From a virus: a stretch of DNA of 64,000 nucleotides. The stretch covers positions 1-64,000 of the IMG/VR virus record IMGVR_UViG_3300042991_000780; one strand, given 5' to 3'. The position numbers and the translations under genes are program-made. This document shows, in pieces, positions 30,531-36,873 of this stretch. Position 1 is the stretch's first letter, and each line of letters begins with the position of its first letter. Below the pieces are notes generated by a model that saw only the letters and a program-made list of their open reading frames with translations, ran no database searches and was not told where the DNA came from.

Positions 30531-31646
30531 TTAATTACAAAATGTCATACCGTAATTTATACTTGTTTTATAACTGCTAACATAAATTTTATAACAGGTA
30601 CTACCCCAACAAAGTTCCGGTGAAATAATATTTACACATGCTGGATTTCCAAACAATGCACCGGGAATTAAACCATTATTCGATGGATTATTTGCTCCTT
30701 GCCAACAAGTTTTTGAACATGATGCATATGGTGTTGCAAACCAAATATATTCATCAGTAACATTAAAATTATCAACAACAATAGTTGCATTGCCATTATC
30801 AACACATTTACAAGTATATCCACTAATTAATGTTTGACCAGTTGCTGGTGTTGTTGCACTTGAACCCCAAAACCAAGGATACGTACCACATACATATCTT
30901 GAAATTGCTGCTGTCGAACCGGAAGGAAGTGGAGAACACCAACAAGTTCCATCACTTTTCAACACACAACATGTTGCTGCAGAATAAAACACTTGTCCAG
31001 ATACTGATTGACTTGGATTATTAATTGGATATGGTGTAAATGCGATTGAATTAGTTAAACTACTTGTTGTACATGTAACATATGAACCCCAATTACCGTA
31101 ATAATGATAATCAGGTAATCCACTTCTCTTATCGCATGAACCACAATATGCCGGACAAATACATCCTTGATTAAATATTGAACAACCAGTAGCACAAACA
31201 ACGCTACCCATTTCATAATAACCAGTAAATGTTATTGGTAAGCAACTTACTGTAAATGTACTTGATGGTGATGTTAATGTTGGACACACAACTGGTGCTA
31301 ATACTTCTTCAAGAATATTAGCAATTGTTCTTCCAGTAAGTGTTGTTCCGCATACTAATCCACCAACAGTACATGTTGCTGGCGTTCTACAATCATAATA
31401 ACCCGTACTTGTACCACCAGTCGATACTTGCCCCAAAACAATACAACCACTAACATACTTTAAAACATTTTGTTCTGATGCACCACTACTCAAAATAACA
31501 ACCGGAATATTTGTTCCATTTTCATCAGCAAATGTTAAACCACCATCATATTTACTAAATATGGTTGTACCTGATAATGTTAATGTTGTTCCACTTAACT
31601 GCTTAAATTGAGTATTATCTAAATTTGGTCTTGCGAAAAATGGCAT
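30531..31646 (-). CDS. Cys-rich structural protein, first gene of the fibre operon
   Basis: 371 aa; N-terminal RPNLDNTQFKQLSGTTLTLSG shared with 10614 and 12774. Confidence 0.7.
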   Translation of the reverse strand: MPFFARPNLDNTQFKQLSGTTLTLSGTTIFSKYDGGLTFADENGTNIPVVILSSGASEQNVLKYVSGCIVLGQVSTGGTSTGYYDCRTPATCTVGGLVCGTTLTGRTIANILEEVLAPVVCPTLTSPSSTFTVSCLPITFTGYYEMGSVVCATGCSIFNQGCICPAYCGSCDKRSGLPDYHYYGNWGSYVTCTTSSLTNSIAFTPYPINNPSQSVSGQVFYSAATCCVLKSDGTCWCSPLPSGSTAAISRYVCGTYPWFWGSSATTPATGQTLISGYTCKCVDNGNATIVVDNFNVTDEYIWFATPYASCSKTCWQGANNPSNNGLIPGALFGNPACVNIISPELCWGSTCYKIYVSSYKTSINYGMTFCN

Positions 31647-31788
31647 ATTTTTTTAATTTAATTCTCTTATTTTATTTTTCTAAACGGCTAACAACATAAC
31701 CGTCCAGTTAATTACCTAAACCGAACTTTTCTGTTCGGTTTTATTTATAATAAATACAAAAGAATATGATTAAAAACTACCGGAAATA

Positions 31789-31821
31789 AAAAAACCCCGA
31801 AGAATATTTTCTACGGGGTTT
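31789..31821 (-). terminator. Intrinsic terminator closing the Ro60-like/ARPP-1 unit
   Basis: AAAACCCCG/CGGGGTTTT stem plus a T-run on the minus strand. Confidence 0.75.
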
Positions 31822-31845
31822 TGACTAACATTATGAATGATTTCC

Positions 31846-32946
31846 CTAAAGAGTAAACCTATCTTGTTTACGAGCCTTTTTACGAAGTTCGTTTACTGTT
31901 CTGAGAGCATCTGGATCAAATCTTTCCCTTTTAACGACACTCACCATATGGTTGAATTCGTTTTCGGTGATAACCTGACCAATATATCCTTCGGTCTTGA
32001 GTACATAACTCTTTGGTGCTTTACTTGAAGCAGAAGGGTTACCTTCTGTATCAAGAGTTGCTTCAAAGGTCAACTCAAGAAGTTCCTGAATCTTTTCCTG
32101 AACACTTGCGGTCATACCCTGTTTTGTTTTCTTCAATGACCTTTCAAGCAAATCAACAATATTTTCCTGATGCTTTACTTTCAACTCATTATAAGTTTCG
32201 GTAAAATTCTGCATTGTTGATCTATTTTTCAACTCACTGATAATTGCAAGTGAACCATAGCAGTCACGGATCATCAAGTCCCATACCTGTTCTGCGTAAG
32301 TGAATGAAGGGAATTTGTCTATTGCAACAATTTCACCATCAACAAGTACGATGATACCGATAAGATTGCTTGGACGTTCAAAGTGAGCAATAAACTGTTC
32401 AAGTTTCTTGTCGTACTTTTCAAAGTAAACGTTCAAGTAGTTACCAGCGTTTGACTGAGTATCCTGACCCAATTTCTGAATAGCAGGATAAATCCTATGA
32501 TATGAACTTGGCTGTCCAACAGTGTCAAACACCATTTCACGCATGGTTACTGGAAGCATACGGAACTCCTGAGTACCACGAAAATGTCCGGTCTGTCCAC
32601 CCTGAACACAACCAGCATCGTGATAAGTAACGTTACCGTACTTTTCAACGTAACCTGCTTTGGTCATACCATGATTCTGAGCACTCTGCTTGGTCATAAC
32701 AGCCATCTGGGTAGGAAGAATAACTTCCTTATCAGCCTTATTAGCAAAACTAATCTGACCGTAAGAACTGTTACCAGCCTGAACCGAAGTCAATGGATTA
32801 GCAAAACGTTCATCCAAAGAATATTCCTTGTCAGTTGTCAAACATACGATCTGCATGTTCAAAATTGACTGAACGATAATGTTACCGTTTTTGTCTTTGA
32901 CTGGACGGCAACCTTTAAGCAATTCTGTAAATTCTCTTTTATTCAT
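31846..32946 (-). CDS. ARPP-1/DUF6569-like protein
   Basis: Motifs FANKADKEVILP...AQNH...GCVQGGQ and LIGIIVLVDGEIVAIDKFPS resemble the N..v.l..G..Q.R...CVE.G.W and vG.iv.i.G.v...D.F patterns of this family. Confidence 0.65.
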   Translation of the reverse strand: MNKREFTELLKGCRPVKDKNGNIIVQSILNMQIVCLTTDKEYSLDERFANPLTSVQAGNSSYGQISFANKADKEVILPTQMAVMTKQSAQNHGMTKAGYVEKYGNVTYHDAGCVQGGQTGHFRGTQEFRMLPVTMREMVFDTVGQPSSYHRIYPAIQKLGQDTQSNAGNYLNVYFEKYDKKLEQFIAHFERPSNLIGIIVLVDGEIVAIDKFPSFTYAEQVWDLMIRDCYGSLAIISELKNRSTMQNFTETYNELKVKHQENIVDLLERSLKKTKQGMTASVQEKIQELLELTFEATLDTEGNPSASSKAPKSYVLKTEGYIGQVITENEFNHMVSVVKRERFDPDALRTVNELRKKARKQDRFTL

Positions 32947-32957
32947 GATATGAAATA

Positions 32958-34592
32958 TTAAGCATTAATACTAATTTTTTTGTTCCTTTTAACAGGTGCT
33001 GCTTCAAGAGCAAGAACCTGATTTTCAAGCCACCTTTTGGTGTCAATTTCAAGCAACCTTGCGTTGATTTGTGGCTGCAAAGCAACGGGGTTATTTATTG
33101 CCATTGTGACAACTCCTGCACCAAGTTTCCTTACATTAGCACCCATTTCAGCACTCACGATTGGTGAAATTTGAAACATAGGTATATTTCTTCCGGTTTC
33201 TGCCTTCCAAATGTTGATAACTTCATTGGTAAGACCATCGTATGCGTTTTCGTATCCATCGGTTAAGATGAAGATTGCATCATATGGTTTTGAAGCATTT
33301 TCTGCTTTCAAAAGTCCAATAAATGAACTTGCCAAGTCAGTAACCTCACCATCAGTGTATTCAATACTGCAACTATTGGTTGCAGATTTGCTCAATACCC
33401 TTGCGGTAAAGTCAGCAATTGCCTTTGGAGTGTTCTTTGATTCAGCCTGATGACCACTCATTGAATTACTCATATCGACAATAATACCGATATTTGGGTA
33501 GAAGAATCCTACGATTTTCTTCTTGTCTGCAAGTTTGTCAATAGCACCCATTATTTCAGGAGTGAATTTTGTTTCATAACCTGTCTTGTAAAGTGCCAAG
33601 AAATCAGTTGCTTTTTCAAGATCAACATGTTTTTCAACACCCAACTTTGCAGTTGATTTTGTCTGACGAACCTGCTGGTTTACAGAAGTAACCTCAACAT
33701 TTTTCCTAATCAAAGCCTTTGTTGCTTCTCTCTGGATTTTTGTTGACCACATTGAATGATACTGAGGATGCTTTACGCTTGAAATCAAGCCAAGCAATAC
33801 TTCTTCAGGTACTTTCTTTGATGCAGTAATATCAGTCTTTGCTTTCTGATATTCACTCAAAAGAGGGAATACATTAGCATTAAACGTAACACCAGCATCT
33901 TTCTTGAAGATGAAAAGCATAAGTTTGAATGCTTTCATTGGATCACCATTGTAATACCTTAATATGTATTCATTCAAAATCTTCATTTCCTTTTCAGTTC
34001 CAACAACGAATTCACCAACGTTAGCAGCCTTGCCAGTAATTGAAAGCAACACAGATGTCATTTTCTTTCCATATGCGTGCCTCAAAGTATCGGCAATCTT
34101 GTTACGATATTTCATTGCATAGAATTCAAGGTTTTCCTGACCCCAGATGAAGCCAAGCATGATTTTCCTTGACCTTTCGTTGTTGATCTTTGCATTTTTC
34201 AATGAAACAAACAAACGAAGAACATATGGTAGACCACTTTCGCCAAGGTTGTTCAATGCTGAAAGCACTGCCTTATCGCTTAATCCGTTATCATACCAGT
34301 CAATTGGATTAACAATATTGCATGCTCCACCCTTTAAGGTACTTTTAAATTCATTAAACAATACCTCTGATACGAACTGACCAGTCGCACCCTTCTGAGT
34401 TGCAACTATCAACGGGAGTTCCTTTGAAAGTTTATACAAACTCTTAACCTGAGTCTGAATAGCCTTCACCTGTTCGTCACCCTTGTGGTAATAGGTAGCA
34501 CTACCTTTTGCACCACTTGCAATGGTAAGACCATCGATAAGTGACTGCTTTACCTTACTGAGCATGTTGTTTGCTAATACCAACTTTTCCAT
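32958..34592 (-). CDS. Divergent Ro60/Rsr-like (TROVE + vWA) RNA-binding protein
   Basis: 544 aa, close to Ro60 size. N-terminal GSATYY resembles Ro60 GGTYY; the middle is helical and Lys-rich; the C-terminal vWA has MIDAS IVDMSNSM, VTDLAS and DAIFILTDGYE (Ro60: VDVSxSM, GTDCSL, DVFIVFTDNE). The vWA call is firm and the TROVE call is likely. Confidence 0.65.
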   Translation of the reverse strand: MEKLVLANNMLSKVKQSLIDGLTIASGAKGSATYYHKGDEQVKAIQTQVKSLYKLSKELPLIVATQKGATGQFVSEVLFNEFKSTLKGGACNIVNPIDWYDNGLSDKAVLSALNNLGESGLPYVLRLFVSLKNAKINNERSRKIMLGFIWGQENLEFYAMKYRNKIADTLRHAYGKKMTSVLLSITGKAANVGEFVVGTEKEMKILNEYILRYYNGDPMKAFKLMLFIFKKDAGVTFNANVFPLLSEYQKAKTDITASKKVPEEVLLGLISSVKHPQYHSMWSTKIQREATKALIRKNVEVTSVNQQVRQTKSTAKLGVEKHVDLEKATDFLALYKTGYETKFTPEIMGAIDKLADKKKIVGFFYPNIGIIVDMSNSMSGHQAESKNTPKAIADFTARVLSKSATNSCSIEYTDGEVTDLASSFIGLLKAENASKPYDAIFILTDGYENAYDGLTNEVINIWKAETGRNIPMFQISPIVSAEMGANVRKLGAGVVTMAINNPVALQPQINARLLEIDTKRWLENQVLALEAAPVKRNKKISINA

Positions 34593-34632
34593 AATGACAA
34601 TTTTTAATTATTAAAACTTATTTTTCATTGTG

Positions 34633-34663
34633 CAATGTTACACATTATTTTTTAATATCCAAA
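34633..34663 (-). promoter_or_regulatory. Bacteroidota-type sigma70 promoter of the Ro60-like gene
   Basis: TTTG (34663-34660), 19 nt spacer, TAACATTG (34640-34633; one mismatch to TAnnTTTG). Confidence 0.45.
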
Positions 34664-34671
34664 AAAATTAT

Positions 34672-34722
34672 AAAAAAAATCGGGTAAGTCGATAGATTTC
34701 TCAATCAAGTCCCCACCCGATT
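34672..34722 (-). terminator. Terminator-like hairpin ending the ncRNA operon
   Basis: AATCGGGT/ACCCGATT stem enclosing GATT-GAGA-AATC, followed by a long T-run on the minus strand. Confidence 0.6.
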
Positions 34723-34753
34723 CGTTTTTTGGAATAACTCTTCTTCAAATTAA

Positions 34754-34847
34754 AGAAGAAGTGCGGTTGTATTGCCTGTAGTTTGTCTCCCTTCTCACAC
34801 GGGGGAGATTACATTTTTCAATTACTGTAAACACAGCCAGTTCTTCC
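34754..34847 (-). ncRNA. Y-RNA-like structured RNA, copy R1 (GC-rich hairpin insert)
   Basis: GGAAGAA-CT-GGCTGTGTTT-ACAGTAA...ACAGG-CAATACAACC-GCAC-TTCTTCT; insert hairpin TCTCCC/GGGAGA. Confidence 0.7.
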
Positions 34848-34927
34848 ATAAAAATTTATATTTTTTGAAAAAAATGCCACACACCTGTGACCAAAAAACC
34901 ATTTTTAACCGTCAAATGTTAGGATTC

Positions 34928-34997
34928 CAAGTGGGGATTTGGATTAATATTACTTGATTTATCAAATTTGTCTGCAATCCGCATATCGCTCCACTTG
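34928..34997 (-). ncRNA. Additional structured RNA candidate
   Basis: Nested stems CAAGTGG/CCACTTG, GGATT/AATCC and TTGAT/ATCAA, lying between R1 and R2. Confidence 0.4.
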
Positions 34998-35006
34998 TAT
35001 AATTTC

Positions 35007-35144
35007 GGGAATAATTTAAAAGTATTTGTTGTTTTTAATCAAAGTTTAAGAGACTTCTGACTTAACCGCTTGTCTATTTTTCAATTTTGGCTGAAAAAGA
35101 TGGATTCGAACCACCGTATTACTGTAAACACTTTTCGTTTTCCC
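35007..35144 (-). ncRNA. Y-RNA-like RNA R2 containing a circularly permuted tRNA-Lys(CUU)
   Basis: GGGAAAA-CG-AAAAGTGTTT-ACAGTAA, then T-arm, acceptor hairpin with GCCA in its loop, D-arm and anticodon arm, then ACAAC-AAATACTTTT...TTCCC. Confidence 0.8.
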
Positions 35145-35173
35145 TCAATATTTTAAAGAACTTCAATAAGTTT

Positions 35174-35253
35174 AGAAGAAATTCGTTGGTCTTGTTGTCG
35201 TTATTAGTTTGATTTCAAGTCAAATTGTTACTGTAAAAACCACCAGTTCTTCT
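35174..35253 (-). ncRNA. Y-RNA-like RNA R3 with an isolated anticodon-like stem-loop (UGA, Ser)
   Basis: AGAAGAA-CT-GGTGGTTTTT-ACAGTAA...TTTGA-CTTGAAA-TCAAA...ACAAC-AAGACCAAC-GAAT-TTCTTCT. Confidence 0.7.
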
Positions 35254-35303
35254 TTATATTTTAAATTTGTAGCAGGTTATTGTTTCAAATTTGAAATTTC
35301 AAA

Positions 35304-35312
35304 GTATTTATA
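35304..35312 (+). promoter_or_regulatory. GTATTTATA putative phage late-promoter motif (plus-strand copy)
   Basis: 13 nt upstream of the ATG of the only credible plus-strand gene; the same motif precedes more than 10 minus-strand genes. Confidence 0.6.
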
Positions 35313-35325
35313 ATAAATAGTACTT

Positions 35326-36003
35326 ATGAAACCAAATTATACCGAATCTGAATTTGACACAGCAACATCTACAAGTTTATTATCTTGTTTTTGTTATAAT
35401 TGTAACACCCTTTTTAATGTAATGAAGAAAAATATTGTACAGGAATTAAAGCATAAAAGAGGAAGAATAAAATTTTGTTCAAAGAAGTGTCATGATATTT
35501 ATCAATCAAATCAAATCTCCGTTATTTGTAATAATTGCGGTAAAACATTTACTAAAATAGCATCTGAAATTAAAACAAATAATTTTTGTTCAAATTCATG
35601 CGCTGCAATATATAATAACACACATAAAACAAAAGGCAATCGTAGGTCTAAACTTGAAACATATCTTGAAACACAACTCGCTGCACAATTTCCAAATTTA
35701 GAAATATTATTCAACGATAAAAAAACAATTAATTCCGAACTGGATATTTACATACCCAGACTTCACCTTGCTTTTGAACTTAATGGTATTTTTCATTACG
35801 AACCTATCTATGGTCAAAATAAATTGAGTCAAATTCAAAATAATGATAATCGTAAATTTCAAGCCTGTTTAGAACAAGAAATTGAATTGTGTATTATTGA
35901 TGTTTCACATCAAAAATATTTTAAAGAAAACACTTCAAAAAAGTATTTAGACATTCTCATTACAATTATAAACAATAAGTCAATGAACATGTTAAACATT
36001 TAG
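35326..36003 (+). CDS. Zn-finger + Vsr/PD-(D/E)XK-like putative homing endonuclease
   Basis: CxxC...FCSxxC zinc motifs twice; ELDIYIP...AFELNGIFHY nuclease motif; antisense to the ncRNA operon. Confidence 0.75.
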   Translation: MKPNYTESEFDTATSTSLLSCFCYNCNTLFNVMKKNIVQELKHKRGRIKFCSKKCHDIYQSNQISVICNNCGKTFTKIASEIKTNNFCSNSCAAIYNNTHKTKGNRRSKLETYLETQLAAQFPNLEILFNDKKTINSELDIYIPRLHLAFELNGIFHYEPIYGQNKLSQIQNNDNRKFQACLEQEIELCIIDVSHQKYFKENTSKKYLDILITIINNKSMNMLNI

Positions 36004-36059
36004 TCAATCTATCGATTGTGCAGTAATTACCACGTGCAGGTAGTTTAACTTTAATTACT

Positions 36060-36133
36060 TAGCGGGAGATGGATTCGAACCACCGACCTTAACGTTATGA
36101 GCGTCACGAGCTAACCACTGCTACTACCCCGCA
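36060..36133 (-). tRNA. tRNA-Met(CAU)
   Basis: TGCGGGG-TA-GTAGC-AGTGGTTA-GCTC-G-TGACG-CTCATAA-CGTTA-AGGTC-GGTGG-TTCGAAT-CCATC-TCCCGCT-A; no encoded CCA. Confidence 0.85.
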
Positions 36134-36573
36134 ATATGTTTTTCCAATAAATCCCATGCTTCTCTATATTCATGAGATTTTGGCTTTCTCTGTCTGGATA
36201 CTTTTTCATGTAATGTTATTGAACCCGCAAATGAATTAAAAATATTAACAGGTACAACATAAAACACTTTTAGTTCTGAAATGAAAATTATTGCAAAATT
36301 AAAATCATTATTGGAATATTTTTCTCTTTTCATCACACGTCTATTTGTTTTGGTTCTTCTCACATCAATCAAATAAACTCCTTCTTCTTTTGATAACCAC
36401 GCTGACTTAACTTGTATCTTAATAAATTTATTATTAATAACAATGACCAAATCATATGGTAATCTATCACCTACCGGAATTAAAACATCCCATCCCAATT
36501 GAAGTGCTTTTAATTGTACTTCAATCTCCGCAATATCACCTTTCATTTTAGTATCCATAATCTCAAAGAACAT
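36124..36573 (-). CDS. PD-(D/E)XK homing endonuclease, I-Ssp6803I-like; real start probably 36558
   Basis: KGDIAE...GWDVLIPVGDRLPYDLVI...IKIQVKS motif; the last codons and stop overlap the tRNA-Met 5' end; the first ATG lies in a boxA-like site. Confidence 0.8.
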   Translation of the reverse strand: MFFEIMDTKMKGDIAEIEVQLKALQLGWDVLIPVGDRLPYDLVIVINNKFIKIQVKSAWLSKEEGVYLIDVRRTKTNRRVMKREKYSNNDFNFAIIFISELKVFYVVPVNIFNSFAGSITLHEKVSRQRKPKSHEYREAWDLLEKHIAG

Positions 36574-36586
36574 TTAATAAGATAAA

Positions 36587-36718
36587 AAAGGAAAATTTGT
36601 TTGTTATTTCTGTTATAAACAATGATGGAATTGAACCACCAACATTCTGCTTGACGTGCAAACACTCTAACCAGTTGAGTTAATTGTAATTTACTGTAAT
36701 AACAACACCGTTTCCTTT
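36587..36718 (-). ncRNA. Y-RNA-like RNA R4 containing a near-complete tRNA-Asp(GUC)-like body
   Basis: AAGGAAA-CG-GTGTTGTTATT-ACAGTAA, cloverleaf at 36687-36619, then ACAGA-AATAACAAAC-AAAT-TTTCCTT. Confidence 0.75.
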
Positions 36719-36723
36719 TTTTG

Positions 36724-36810
36724 TGGGGAGAACAGGAATCGAACCTGTAATCAATTGTGTTTAAAACAATTTGCTTTACCTTATTTACTGTAAACACTTC
36801 AAGTTCTCCC
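36724..36810 (-). ncRNA. Y-RNA-like/tRNA hybrid RNA R5
   Basis: GGGAGAA-CT-TGAAGTGTTT-ACAGTAA...TAAACAC...ACAGG-TTCGATT-CCTGT-TCTCCCC-A; the terminal helix directly follows a canonical T-arm. Confidence 0.7.
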
Positions 36811-36873
36811 TTACGGGAGCAATGAGATAGTATTTTCGTTATTTTGATTTGCTATCTCCCCATTTAAAAGTTT

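Noticed and set aside
35208-35224. Opal suppressor or selenocysteine signal from the TGA loop
   Set aside because: Anticodon UGA reads the Ser codon UCA; an opal suppressor would need anticodon UCA.
36060-36573. Group I intron in tRNA-Met
   Set aside because: The tRNA is contiguous with an intact anticodon loop; the endonuclease lies upstream of it.
34754-36810. CRISPR array from the recurring TTACTGTAA(ACAC)
   Set aside because: The core is only 9-13 nt, spacing is irregular, the flanks base-pair around each insert, and no cas genes are present.
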